A stretch of DNA of 64,000 nt, from contig NMRA01000354.1 of the NCBI GenBank assembly GCA_002633005.1, forward strand, positions 409,782-473,781, in the 5' to 3' direction. This stretch comes from Phoronis australis. Its lineage: Eukaryota; Animalia; Phoronida. The position numbers and the translations under genes were made by a program. Below, piece after piece: positions 38,901-53,900 of this stretch. Under the pieces are notes generated by a model. The model ran no database searches. It worked only from the letters and a program-made list of their open reading frames with translations, and had not been told where the DNA came from. Positions within the stretch are counted from its first letter, which is position 1. Each line of letters opens with the position of its first letter.

Positions 38901-41900
38901 CTTGAAAGTTAACATCTTTCCGATTAAATTATGCCAAAGAACTCATAGCTGTTTCCAGAATGTTGTTATATTACATAGCAAGTCATTGATCTGCTTAGTC
39001 TAGTTGACCTCGAAAGCTTCTTTCTGAATGTATCGAAATTTTTGATAAGTCTTGAGTCTCCTCTCCACCAACATGTCCTAACCTTGAACATTACATATGT
39101 GAGTGTGATAGTTGAGCACATTGCAAGTTCTCACCAATTTTGAACAAAAATAAGGGCTAAAACTGACCCTTCAGTTTTAAGGGGATTTTGAATTGTGAGT
39201 GTCACTCCAAATTTTTTCAAAATCCATATAACTGTGACACAGAACTGGAACGTTGTTTAAGCATTAGTTTGATGGTAGATATCTTTATGAAAAAGTAAAC
39301 GATAATTTTACTTGTCCTGTGTTCAAAAGTGGATAGATTTTACAATAACAATTATTCTGTGGAGCAGCATTCCTCCACTTTTGACCCTGGCCACGATTTT
39401 GATCTTAGGTATTCTGTAACTTAAGTGCTGTCCACACTATGAATTGCCCTAGAACCACTTACACTAGGTTTAGTTGGTAGGTGAATGCTTATTTCCTTTG
39501 GAGCATCTTGACAGACATGTGACAACTTACCCACATTATTAAAGTTGAGTACCAGTAACCTGTTTAGGGTAAATTGCCCCATCAAGAGAAAGTCAGGAGT
39601 GTGTCTGCAAACCTGTAGACAAGGCGGAAATATTTATCAACTGTGCTCTTGCTCAGTTGCAGGCATGTAGATGTCTGATCCTGTGTGCGCCATATTTGTC
39701 TCCAGGTGTTGGGTGTGTAGTGTGGATGTTCATCGGAACGGGGACGAATTGCAGTGGGACAAACTTTCCTCTAGGTAACGCATAGTGTGGACCTAAGTGT
39801 TGATTTGCCATTTCTCAAAATTTGCCGCGCAATGTGTCTAGGTCTATCGTCGGACTGTCTCCAGCATTGGTAACTGCCGTTGCTTAATAGTTTGTGTATG
39901 TTGTTGTCATCTTTGCACCATTTTGCTTCATGTTAAGTCTTATCTTTCACATTCTGAAGATTTTTAAATTGTGTTCTTGTGAAAATGTTAGACTCCCTTA
40001 CTGTTTGTGGTAAAATATATCGCAACCAATTTTCGGAAAAATAATTGCCATTGGCTTATGGTAGCCGTGCTATAAAACTTTAAAATAATAATATTTATTT
40101 TATGCTTCTTATATTATTTTATGAGAAAAGAAGAAAATCCACTTGTTCGACATATCATGTTTTTAAGTGATGAGATTTTACCACGTATCTTGTGTCTATT
40201 TTGTCTTCCTGATATCCTTTCAAACCAGTACACATTGTTGTAAGGTTAGACACTCTTTTAATCTGGGCTGTATACTTTTTATTGTGGACTGCTTGCAGTA
40301 TTGATTTGACTGTTGTAAACTGGAAACTGACAAAACTAAGTACTTGTTCAAACAGTTATTGAATGGCTACTGTTGAGACAATATCATTTGTCATGAAAGT
40401 GTTGGAATCACATGCTGGCTCTGCCAGTTTCAGTATTCAAAAGTTTTGAGAAATTTGTAGTGTTAGACATTCACTGTTACGACACTTACCTAGAGTATAA
40501 CAACTACATCCTCTGTTCACACAATTATGCTGACATCTCAAATTATAGAAATCTATCTATTAATGGAGCCAAACGAAAATTCACAACAAACAACCCAGTC
40601 TAAGTTTTGGCCATGCGTGCCCTTGATTTCATGTCCTATGCAAGTTAGTTCTATTGTATTAGCACAGTCGAGGAGAAAATTAACAGGTTCTCACAGTCAA
40701 ATCTTGTCCTACCAGTGTCTTGCGGTTTGTCCAAACTTTAGATTTCTACTAACTGGTCCAATATCTAATTGCCATCCTTATTGGCTCACTTTTATGATTG
40801 ATTTTATGTTGATGTATGTTTTGTTTTATTTACAATCCTGAATCGTTTGATTCCCTTTATAAAGGCCCTTTCATATTGACTTAACTCCAGTCTGAGGGGA
40901 GCGTCGACGTAAACGGCGCAGTTAACTGGACCGTTCATACTGGCTTCGGTAGTTAATGAACATCAAAGTAAGCAGTTGTGTGCCGCTGTCGTCATCGAAG
41001 TTATCGCAAGGTAGCGTTGCACGCTAAGATTTTTTTCAATGTTTCAATTTGGAAATATTTACATGTGCTAAGTGACATTAAACTTATTTTTAAATCGATT
41101 GCAAAATATAAGCAGCTATTAGTGACAGCGCTACCTTGTAACTGTTGGCGATAACAGTGGCACCTGGCGATAACTTCGATTGGACCGGAGTTAAGCATTC
41201 ATACTGCATCGCAGCGCAGGCCTGTATGCAGCGTACGTCCATTTGGACGCCCTAGCACTAATCTGGAGGCCCTGGCAAGGACGTCCAGTGTATCTTTTGG
41301 ACGCCCACTGTCAATAAGAACCTTTTGAGTTTGGACTCACACATTGTAATGAATACTAGGAAGGCTCTGAAGGCTCACAGTGGGGGGGCTCTTTTTTCAA
41401 AGCAGGAAGAAATATACAATGTTGCTATGTTCACACTTGATTGATAGCATTGTAAAAGTCTTGGTCTACATTTTTTTTAGTAAAAATGCTTACCACTGAA
41501 GGCTGTTTTGTAAACTTGTAAAAACCTTGGTCTATGCATTTTTTGTAAAAACATCTGTGTGTTTGGGGGGATTGTTGGGGGTGGGGGGTTACGCGTTGGA
41601 ATCATGGATGCCCTGGAATATTGGGAACCCTATTTTGGACACCCTATTTTCGAAATCCTGGATAAAGGCCTGCCGCAGTGTCGACGCTGCGGTCTTAAAT
41701 CCACCTGTTAACTGCGATGTTAATTGGAGCTGTTAACTGCGATCCAGGACTGTTCATACTGACCGCAACTCCCCAAACCATCGACGCGTCGACGTTAGTA
41801 TGACAGGCCCTTGTACAAGACACCTTTTAGATGATAAAAGTTTTAAATGTGCTTCAGGCCATAAGTTATATTTTTCCCCTATTTAGCTGGGTAAAAACGA

Positions 41901-44900
41901 AAATCAGACGAGACCATATACTCTTATAAACTCGACCTTCTAATATTCCTTTAACCAAGTACCATTACCAACAAGAACATTGAAGCCATCAGTGACTAAA
42001 GAATATGCTTCAGAGATTCCTAAAGTTAACTAACCTTAAAATTGCAGATTGAAAAATCCCCCCCACCCCAGCCTGTGACTTGAGCTGTCTGTGACTTGAG
42101 CTGTCTGTGACTTGAGTTGTCTGTGACTTGAGTTTTCTGTGACTTGAGTTGTCTGTGACTCAAGTTGAATTGTCTGTGACTTGAGTTGCTTATGACTTGA
42201 GTTGTCTGTGACTTGAGTTGCCGTCACGATTAAAAATTGAATAAGCATGGTAACGTTTTCAAACCCCAAAGCACTTCAGCTAAAAACTCAGCATTGACAG
42301 TTAAACAGCGTTGAAATGCCCCTTTAAATGTTATTTGTATTATTTTATATTTGCATTGCATCTTATTACCCTGTTGACGTTTAAGTGGTTTTAACTTTTA
42401 AAACGGATTTAAAGCTTATAACTCTCAGTCTGAACACTTCGAAACCATTTTTAAAAGTTGTAGCTACTGCGGTTACAATCTTCTGAGGGTGGTTTGGCGA
42501 GAGGTCATTACCGTTGAAAACTGGGTGGACACGACAATTGCAAAAGCTAGTACTCAGTAGGTCGCGCTGTTGTCAAATCTTGTTGGAAAAAATGGCGCTC
42601 CGAGGCCCTCACTAGTAATGGTGAGTCAGAAAGGGATGGCAATGATGACTGGCTACTAAAACCAGGAACTAATGTTAAAACAGTTATCCGTGTGAGACCA
42701 GGGTTGTATAACAGAACTGTAGGTGATACAATGGAAATAGTTTGTCTAAACACAGCTTCTTCCACATTGGAACTAGACGTATGTTTTGATTTCGTTGGAA
42801 AAAGTGCGGTCTAATATTCCATGTCCTCTACTATATAATGTAGGGCTGTAGACATTTAGTGGTGACTAACGTTCAGGAGTCAGGTCATAGCACGATTATT
42901 CACGTCAATATGACACAGAATCAATACTCCTCTCCTGGGAGTTTCTCAAATATGTTTATAGTAGGGTTTCAGTAGTGGCTTCCTATTGTTTTGTTGTTCA
43001 AAGAAAACGACTAAAAATTATATGTTCTCAAAAGTTTAACCTCTGGCTGTCCTTGGAAATGTACTTGTGTTGTGTCTAATCAGCTCTGATTGACAATGCT
43101 TGTGGGTATTATAAAATGGTGGAAATGTTTTCATTTATGGAGAGGAAAATGAGCAAATAATGTAAATCAACTTCCTGCAAGGCATGTTGGTTTATGAGTG
43201 CCATCCATCATATTCTCTACCGAATGATTATAGTTATGTTGTATACATATCCACAGAACGAAAGGCCGAAAGTAGTTGCATTGAATAGGGGTTTAAGATA
43301 GAACACCGTAAGGATTCTCCCAGTTGCAATTACGGCACATGTAGATGAATGTAAGTCAATGAAATCAGACCATCAGGGCCCTTACGCACCTGAGGGGAAA
43401 GGTTCTCGTGTTTCTGAGAGGAATTTTTGGTTGGGGGGGGGGTTCTAAACTTGAGGGGAATTTTTTAATCATTTCTGGGGAATTTTTAAACCTGATGAGG
43501 GTTTCACAAAATTTTAAAAAATTTTCGTAGGGAAATAACAATTTATGGCATTGATGTGATCAGAGTGATATTCAAAAGCAACCAATATCACGCCGTGTGT
43601 TACCATTCAAGTTAGGATTTATAGTTCTTACAAACTTTTCACAGCTTGCAAGTCTAGCAAATGAAAACAATTAAACGAACTCATATCGGTGAAACTATGT
43701 TTAAAGATTAATCGTGTGGTTTTTTAAAAAATATTTTATTTTACTTTTATATGCAGTGTTGTCATACTGGCGACATAATGAAAATAAGGGAAACATTTTT
43801 TCACTGTTTGCCCATGACGCATATAAAGGTAGAGCTTGAGAAGTGTTTTGGTGCCAAATGTGATCTTCCTCTTTTGTAACAGAATTTTAAGGAACTGAAT
43901 CTGTTTTTCAATAGCCTAATTAATACCATACAGGTGCATGCATTGAAGATCAAATTTCTTTCATCCACTATGACCATTCAACACTAATTTCACTACACAG
44001 CGTATTCAAACGATCAGTTGGCAAATTTAAGAAATTTTTAGACATAGTAAACCTCCTTGTCACTTCTTTAAAACTTGGATTAAACTCGTCTCCAGGCAAC
44101 ATACTTTTTAACCAATCGTATCAATCTTACCTTGAAAGCCAGAACGATTGAACATTTTTGTGGCATCCTGCTTTCACTACATTCAAGCTCAGAGTGAAGT
44201 TTCACCTCGGCTAGTCGCCAAAGGGAAATGCTGCACATCATTGTCAAGTGAACGCGTTGTGAAACTTTTGTGATATGTAACCACTGTTTATTGTAAATAT
44301 AGATCATGTACCGCGAGACTGTCATTGTCGTGGCCTTGAGAACTAATTCTTAGTTCGAAGTATGCAAACTTGACAATTTAAGATGTATTTTGAATTCATT
44401 GAATGGGAGATGCGATGGAGACGATTGCCAAGATATCAGTGCCTATCTACATAGGCTTGGAGTTTGACCGGATAGCCTAAGTGTTTTAATTTATTCAAAC
44501 ATAAAGGAAACCTGCCAAATTCATTGCAAAAGCTATATATCCTATATATAGTAATGTTCATGATAAGGTAACATGGAAATAGACAAAGAACTTTGTATTG
44601 AATGAGCATGCAGTTGATTGTGCGTCACAAGCCATCATGTCGCACTAATCAGACAGTGTGAGGGAGAACATGTTGGACGAAATGCCCTCTGTGGGGAAAA
44701 GAACTTGGTAATCTGGAGATTCTGACAATGGTCTTGTAATGAGGAACACAAACCCAAGAATGATAAATTTTACGGATCTGCTATTGATGAATGCATTGCT
44801 ACGCAGTCAACCACTAGTAGAATTAAATAAAATGTGAAATTTTTTAAATGTGAAATTCAACATTTTTTATTTCAGCGTGACATCAATAAGCGTGCAATTA

Positions 44901-47900
44901 ATCTTTGAAGTAACTAAGTTTTGTCTCGCATTATATGTCCAGACATTTTTATGTAGCTTAGAAACTGGCGATTCGCTGATATTTCATCATTCTCTTTATT
45001 TCAGAATGTGGTGGACAATCACGGGTAACTTTGGTAACATTCTCCCCATCGACTGGTCCAAGTCGTACACCCGTGAACTGACCACCAAGGCTTTGAACCT
45101 TGGAGAGAAGAGGGTGAGTCATTCTTCTGATTCAACCGGTTGCCATGGACACGCTAACTTACTGGCAAAATGCAATTTGCTTGCCACCACATCTAGTGTA
45201 TTGATTGTGTGAGCTGTGAGAGTATTTCAATCTCCCACTCTGAGATATTGTTTAGCTTGACTCATAGAGGCCATGGATCCCTGTTTCTGGACCTTTCTTA
45301 AGGTTCCTAATGAATACCATGATAGTTGGCTAGTGGAATTTACAAGAACTGGGATCTACAAAAACCACAACCACGGTTCCTTAGGTGTTAGTTTGTTAAT
45401 TGCAAAACAGGTGGTAATCTGAAAATGTTGCTGTCAGCTTGTAGTATATTCTGTTATTAGGATTAGTATGGCGTTTGTTTTCACTTGATGGTAACAGGGA
45501 ACAGCAAGAAACTGAATACATCAGAGTCAACAATAATTTCTTGAAACAGTTGTTATCAGCCTTGTGGGTTCTATTAGGTTGTCCTTAACAAAATGTCAGG
45601 AAATGATGTGGGAAACAGAATAGTGGTTTGCAGGCTTGATTGGTTTTAAATTACAGCTTGTATGTACACAGTTTCAGCTGTTGTTCTAAAATATAAATGT
45701 ACTGAGAATGCAGTGACTGGGAAAATTGTGTTTTGAAATGTGGATTGAGTGTGTGTTTATTATAGCACTTCACAATTACTCTATCCAGGAGAGCTTTTGG
45801 CCATAGTTAATTAAGAGTAGTAATCTCCATGGATAAGTTAGGTAACAATTTTGAGAATGAAACTGTATGGCAAGACATTTGTTAAGACCTGCCTACCCTA
45901 GAACAACTTGCACTAGTAAAACTTAACTCACTTTTAAGTAGGGGGTACACACACAGACGCACACACGCACGCACACACGCACGCACACACGCACGCACAC
46001 ATATCCGACAACTAGGGTAAGGCAGAAGATGTCACTCTGTGCATGGCAATGAACACCTAATGCCACAAGAGAAAACCCATCTATATGAAACCGCTGATAA
46101 TTACTTTTGCCCACATTTGCAAGTTACCTTGGAACAAGTTATACCACTTCAATAATGTGGAGTAAGTTGTCACAAGTGGGGTAGGTTTTACTACTTTTAC
46201 AGTGTTCCAGTTGTTACCGACAAATAGTATGTTTTTGAAAAAAGTATTAGTAAGGATAACCTCACCGTTGTTCTGCACATTCACACACTATTTGCAACCT
46301 TTCTCATTCAAGTTAAAAACTGACCTCAGAGGGTAAAAGTCAATTTGGGGCAATGGTGACTGTCTGCAGACAGTAGTTGTGTATACAGGGCTTGGAATTT
46401 TCCTTTTACCAGGATTTCCTCTTTTTGGTTTAGATTTCCTCTTGTTTGATTTAAAGTTTCCTCTCTTTTGTCTCTTTTTTATAATTATTTTGACTTTATT
46501 CATGTAAAAAAGTTTATTTCAATCAAATTTTATAACACAAAAAACATTTCTATCACAAGCCTATTTATTTGTGGAACAACACTTCACCTGGAAAGTTTTC
46601 CTCTTTTTTGTCATTGGTCATTCTAAGCCCTGTGTATAACATGTTATTTGTTAAGTACAAGAAATGCTAAGAATGTTTTCAAATGACTTGGCGCATAGGC
46701 TGTAGCTCTGTCTTGGATTACCATGATATGATAAAACAATTACAAGTGTAGACACAATTGAGCGTGAGGTTGCACTTGATGATAGAATCATCTCCCTTGT
46801 GTATCAGTCGTTTTTTGAGCTGAGATGTTCAGTATGGAAGTCTGAAAAGCATGCAATCAAGGTGGATGGCTTTACAGTCGGTATGTATGAAAAACATATT
46901 TTTGCAGTTCAAGTCTGAGGACTTTGTTTTCATTGATTCATTTTTTGTGCCGTATCTCCAGCATCCTTTGACAGATGTGTCTGGAATTTGCTGTGTGGAT
47001 AGATATCATGGAACCCAATGTGCTTGACGCCACTCGTTTCCCACTCTGTCTTCCCGTTCTCATGTTATTTGAGCTACTGATCCATTGACTGTAACTTCTT
47101 CTCATTGACTAGTTTGTCACTGCTCTTTTGTTGCCATACACACACTACGGGTTGCATTTTTCGTCTTAATCGATGTGGAATGTACACACAACCTTTATCT
47201 CATGAAAACCTTGTGGTCAATGTTTCGTGGTGAATTTGGATGCAAGATGGCTCTGTGATGGCCATTTTTTAGCAATTGCTTATAGAGCTAGAGCTCATTA
47301 AAAAAAAACAGTGCAGGTGGTCTGATGTCATTTGCGGTGCATCAGATGTGCGCAGGCCTCATGGTTGGGCCCATTGCACAAAACACATGAGCAAAGGCAC
47401 GAGACCCCAATTATGGCTCCTCGTGAAGAAAGTTTTCAAGTCTGCCAGTCTCCTTTAGGAAAACGGACAGAGCTCATTGGTTCTTGTAAGGAATCTTTGG
47501 GAATTTTATTTTGTTGATGGGATTATGGTTATGTGTCATCTATTTCTTGTTACGACTTAACGCTCTTCAGGTAGTCGAGAGTTTTTGAGGAGTGTTCTTT
47601 GATTGACTGATTGCCCACGCGTACCTCCGGTGCTCATTAACGGATCTTTCTGAATTAATTTGTTTTTATATAGGTTTCATGCCAGCAATGTCATAATTGT
47701 TTGTAGCTTCTTGATTATTGTAGGTGAGTCAGTGTTGGAGATGGTGTTGTCATCTTGATTGATGTTGTCGGTGTTGGTGGCAGCACTGTGGGTGTTGCTG
47801 ACTGTGTCGTGGTCTCGCAGGTCATTCTTTGCATCATCAATGGTGATGTTAGCATTACACTCTATGAAAACACTGCTCTCGTTGTCATCTATATACTCCC

Positions 47901-50900
47901 TGATTCAGTATTCAGTTGATTTCGCAAAGTGTCGCTCCTCAAGATATTTTGTTTTGACATTTACCACTTTCACGCCATTTGTAACATTGGCTACCGCGTA
48001 GGTGCGCCGATTGTCTACAGTTTCTGTTTTGTTTCTCTTCCAAGGTGTACTTAAAGGCGAACACAAGTTATCCTGAAATCAGAAGGTCTAAGCTGTTCTC
48101 AGAACAACTTTAACCAAAATGTTGCATCCGTCGATTCTCATGTCTAGCCTTATCTCAAAAATGCTGCACAGTTTGCCAAAATGCTGCACAGTTTGCCAAA
48201 AAAGCTTCAAGGAAGGTGTTATTTTACAACATTACTAATTTATAAAACATTTGAATATTATGTTTGATTACTGATAATTGTTTACTTGAGTGAAGAAATG
48301 ATGGTTTTGCTTTGGTTTTTTGTATTACAGGGTTAAAATTTCATAATAACGTCGTATTTAAGAAGGTAATAAGCATACACAGGTTATATATGACGTTATT
48401 CGGGTAAAATGGCCCTAACTTTGTTTTGCGAATTTGTTGTAGCCAAAGATCAAAATACAAACTATCAAAATGTTTGAAGTCAGCTACTGTGTAAATTAAA
48501 ACTGCCAAATCTCATTTTTTAGCCTTTTGTTTGGTTTTAGTGTTACAGTAGTAGAAATGAAATTATTTTTAATAAAGCTCCTTCTTTATAACGCCATAGT
48601 CGTCCAAGTTTTCGCTGACACACAATTTATCTGACAGACTTCCTTGAAAGTACCCCATGTCTGTGAATACCCGTCTCGTAAGAATTTTAGCTCTCAAAAA
48701 ATATGCAACTGCCTTACGTTTGTGTAACTATGGGTAAGTTTCAGTAGACCCGCAGTTTATGTGGACAGGAAAGAACCTGTACACTACCGCTGATTACTAA
48801 AGGAGACATGAAGTGGTTCTTTAACTTTTGGCAGCTCATACACATTCTAATATTACTGGTCAATCTCAGGGGCAAAAGATGGCGGAAGCATTTGCCCGAG
48901 TAGTATGTGGCCAGCTTATTATGTACACAAACTTTCCTTTGGACCATACACTGCTATAAAGCTGGGACAGGCTAAATGATCTGTTGTGCACTCCATTCTA
49001 AAGTAAACTAATTGTGTGTTTGTTCGGGTACACGCTCACTCCTGATTTTTAAAAAATCAGTTTTAAGCTCCCATGCCTGCCTAAATGCCTTCCCTCAATT
49101 TTTAAGTCTCCAATTTAAGCAGACTAGTGCAGTGCAATTACATTAACAAGATAGGACATCAGGTTGTTTATCAACAAAATTATCCCCATTGAAGCTCAAG
49201 TTGTGCTGGGTGGCTTGTCTGATATCTAGTCATTATAAGTAAATAACAAATTTGTTTGTTTAGTAAATTAATAGTTTTGAAATTGATTAGTTGGCATAGT
49301 TGTTGATCGCTGCAAAAGAAAAGTTTGCTCATCAGGCGTATATGAGGAAGCAAGAAAGTACATGAGTGCACACACATATTATTGCATGCATATGTTATCA
49401 AGAGTATAGTGTGCAAGAGTATAGTGTGCACCATGTTACTCAGCAGTGACTAAGTGTTGTGACGTACATTCACTCACTTGTAATTAGTAGTTTACCTCGC
49501 AACTCTCAGACTCCTGCTTGTACTTGATATTAGTACACTTTCAAGTATTAGCAATTCTTTGAACTTGGTATTTTTCTTGCTGTGAATGCAAGTCGCAATA
49601 AAATTCTTAGATTACTGTATACGTGCTGTGTGGCAAGTGAAAATTCGTTTTCAGAAACTGGTTCGTCATATACAGTAAATGTGAATGTGGTACTGGTTTA
49701 CCTGTAAAGGGTACTGTTTCTAAAGGCGTGTTGTTTTGTATCGTGTAAATGTTAATGTTTTTACAGGGCATGTGGTTTTGTTCAACGACATTCAGACAGG
49801 TTTTTGTATGCCATGAAAATGACGGTTTTTGATTAAAAACCGTTCTAAGTTTCTGAATTTCTGTACATGTCTGACTTTTAAAGGTTAGCGGATCTGTGTT
49901 GAGTGTTTGTGAGGGCTGTTGTTTCTATCTTAATGAATTGATGATTCGATTTCATCATGGAGTTTACTATCTGGAGGTTACTCTAAAGGTTCTCAAAGTA
50001 ATTAGTCCCGGTAATTAATAATTTCTCATCACCATTGGCTAAATAGTGTTCCGAAATCCCATGAGAGGGCGTAGTGAGGTCTCGCGTCAGTGCGTGGTTT
50101 TCCATCTTTGCCTTGCTTTTGAGCTTTTTTCTTACTTTTTGTATATATATCATAATTTTCACTGTTAATTCATCTTAAACCTGGTGAAATCCTGTTATTA
50201 CTGGGAATATAGGATATTTATTTGCTTGTCATACACTATCAATACTGTTTTACCTATTCAGGTTAGGCAATTGTTATCACCTAATTAGATTTTATTTTTG
50301 TCATCTTGTTAAAACAAAGGCTTTGTTTGGTCTGGCCTGGCACTAATATTTTTAAATATAACTTATATAACTTAAAAGTTATAACTACTGTAAAATCTCA
50401 CCAATTTCGACTGAAAATAGTTGCCAAAATTCTCCATTTTTCAAAACCTTTTCACATACGTGTGAATTTATACAATTTTTCAAAATTTTGTCTCATGACA
50501 GCCATTATATATTCCTACACAGTCAGGAGTTCAAGGGCGATGTGCGCACCGCTAAATCTGATGAGATTTCTGTATTTGACCAGTGGTCGTGGTGGCTCAA
50601 TGGACTAGAGCGCCTGCACGGTTAGCAGAAAGTTTCGGGCTCGAGTCCCAGTTGGGGCAGAAATCCTTTCAAGACTTATATTCATTAGGTTGCATGATGT
50701 GTCCAACAGGTGGCGTGCTGACCAGACTTATAAATGTTTGCGATCTACATATCCACACTGGTTTAAGATTTATATGTTAATATAAAAATAATTTTGTTGT
50801 AGCGTACCATGAGTATCATTGACTGACTGTTGTCTCTAAAGTGTCAATTTAAACAACATGACCGTTTCTAATGTGCTATGTCCAAGGCAATGACCACAAA

Positions 50901-53900
50901 CTATTCTGCAACTCGAAATTCATCTGTTCTTTGTATTTGAAACGTACCCGACTGTTTTGCAAATTAATTCAGTGAAGCATATTATAGGTGGGCGCAAGCC
51001 TGAGTAGTATGGGCCTTAATTGAAAAAGCCTAAAAGTTGAGGGTGAGGACTTCAATCAAGTAGTCTGCACTCAATCCAAAAATGTTGAAAAGTAGAGTGT
51101 GGGCGATTTACTTCAGCGTGGGCATTAACCCGAATATTTACGGTAGATTGGATTGACAATTTACCTCACTTCAAAAAGTCAATAGACTCTATTGTATATC
51201 CTGCTTATATTGCCTGAAAGCCTGCTGGCATCAACTTTCTTGACAACAAATCAATTTGTCTCAGACTGTTGTTCTTTTGTCTGCTGTTATGGTAATTAGA
51301 CTACTGGGTAGACTTTCAGTGGCTTAAGTTAGGGTATCAACACAAGGTCACGAAATAGGAATATTTCTATGGAAGTTAGTTTTCAAAACTTCTTCATTTT
51401 GCTCTGAAGAGGCTTTTCTTTTTAAAGATGTCTTGAGCCAAAAACTTTAGCCTCGTCTGTTGACTGGGCTGCCTGGCTGTGTTTTTTTTCCTTAGCAGAT
51501 GTTTCATAGTCTGTGAAAGTCTGATTGTGAAATATTGTATTATTAGACATTGCTTTCATTCACCGTATTGTGTTTGGTTCTTGTTTTCGTAAAACATCAC
51601 TCTTTCATTCTTAAACACTTAAAAATGATGTTTTTTGTTGTTGTGTGCTGAGACGTCAAAAAATAAGAGTGTTGTTTTCTCTAGTTGTTTATCAAGACGT
51701 TGAATTGGAACACCAGAAGGAGCAGAAGTGACGTAATATGACTATAACGATATTTCTTCAGAACGAAAGTTTGGAAACATTTCTGTGTACCTGCTCAGCT
51801 TTGTGGTAACTTCTGGGTTCGGGAACAACTGTCAGTTCGTTGTTACTCACTCCAATACCCGATAAGTTGGCCTCATTTGGCGAGTCGTTTTGTTGGCTGA
51901 ACACTGCCTTAAGATGTGAAGATCTGACAATTTTTTCAAGACCAGAAATCACATGGAAACTGAGTATGGAACAAAGTGAGACCCGTTTCGTAACCCCAAA
52001 TACAAAGTTTGGTTTTTGACAGAAGATGAGAGTTTATAGCGTCTTTCACATTTTTGACAATTTCTCTTCTCTTATTTGTGCAATCTTCGCCGTTACCTTG
52101 CCAACGTGGGACAACATAAGCAGCATTTTGTCATTTCACTCACTGTATGAGCTGGTAAGGATTGTCATGGTCAGGCAAAATGCATTCAGAAATTACAAAT
52201 CTGGCTTGTACGATTAATGTTATGTCAACCATGTCCTGTTGTCCATTTTAGGAGCACGTGGAGAGTCCAGACCTTGACCTATCCGATGACGAGGAGCTAG
52301 CCCAGGCCTTTGACATGCATCGACTGATCATCTCCAGCCTACAGCAGGAGCCACTGTTCACCGCTGACCAGGTCATCAACGAGATAGAAGATATGATGGA
52401 GGTTTGTGGCCAGCAAGTGTGTCGACCTCGCTTTTTATGCATTGACTATTTGCCTTGGGTTTTGTAATAAATTGATCTTGTTAATGGAAACTACTCAACG
52501 GGTACCAGGTGTACACTTTGATTATGTTAACCAGTGCAGTAAATGGAGTACTGCATATTTTCAGCATTCTTTATCAATAAGCTTGTTATGTGGAAAAAAT
52601 GTCTTCTCTGGGCATTTGGTAAGTAGTCCAAGTAACTCTAGCTAGAGGTTTAGATCTTTCATCCAGGTGACGTACTTAATGCATAGATGATAGATCAAAC
52701 ACTTCTGAAAACTCACTGAAATGTTTGTCTCATGGTGTTTGATTTGAGTCTTTTGATGTCTGTTATAAAAGGTTTTATGTCTTTGATTAGGTTTTATTTC
52801 TTATCTGTGTAGCTGAATGCGATGAAAAAGATAGCTGAGAAGGTTGTCACTGTACACGCATGTCGAATTTCTTTGAGTCCTTGATGTGCAGGATTCATGC
52901 TCCGTGTGTAATCATACGTTAATTTCTCTTTGATTAAAGTGCAGTCACACCATTGGCTCAGTTTGGAGTCTACAGCCCATGCATACCTAATGATGTATTT
53001 TCTCGTTCACCTCTGCGTGTCCCTGTTGATTAACAATGATGTTGTTTAATGTTTACGAGTAATAAGACCTTACAGCCATCTACGACCTGCTACGACAGGC
53101 TAATGTCCGTCTGGGCTGACTGTATTGATTCCTCAGTCTGATGGATTGCCTGTTATCTACTCAGTCTGTTCTCAGCTTGTTTGTGTCACGCCCACTTCAG
53201 TCAATTCAAGTATCTTCATTATTAAAGCGTCTATAAGCCCGGGTTCCGTCCAAGAAGCAAACACTTAATTTAGACAACTTGCCACTATAAAATTGGTCTC
53301 GGCTTTTTCCTTACTCAGATGAGAAAGGATTCCTAGGTTTGCAAAGAATTATTGACAGTTTGTTATTTCTTTAGATCATGCTGGTCGTGATGAGCCCACT
53401 TGTACAGCCTTGTCTCAAGCAATAACGAAGTGTCAGTTCGTTGGAAGCTCTGAAATCACCTCTAGTTTGACTAAGGAGCAATTTGAGACTAATTTCACAG
53501 TGATTGGTGGTCTAAATCAACACCTGTTTTTTGTGATAGAAAACCTGTAGGCTACATAATAAGAGTTCTTTTGTTGAAGTTACGGCGATGCGAAATTACA
53601 GTTCAGATTCTAAGCTAGATGGTTCTGTTGACATTAAGCACAGTTATGAATCATGCAAGGAAATGGCGATTCCATTTAATGTTGCACTGGCGCGCAATAT
53701 TCTTTGGGCCCCTGGGGGTTTTTTATATGTTTTAGCTAAAGTGGTCATAGGTCTGAATGTTTTCTGCTCCACTAAGTCATTAACTACAAGTAGGTTTGTT
53801 CCCGTTAAAAAGTCTACCTGAGTGAGTGGTGGACAAGGTTTCAGAGTATTATCTCTTCACAGGGGACTCCTGACAGCCCAGCATGTTTTGTCTGTGACAT

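Noticed and set aside
42036-42269. 77-aa minus-strand ORF with QVTDSS repeats
   Set aside because: Translation of a 16-bp minisatellite
50585-50660. tRNA gene
   Set aside because: B box and cloverleaf are degenerate and run into a body repeated elsewhere, so it is a SINE
53580-53660. ORF MRNYSSDSKLDGSVDIKHSYES as an alternative FEZ exon (SYE resembles FEZ)
   Set aside because: No convincing donor after it; exon 54699-54807 already fills that position with the correct phases
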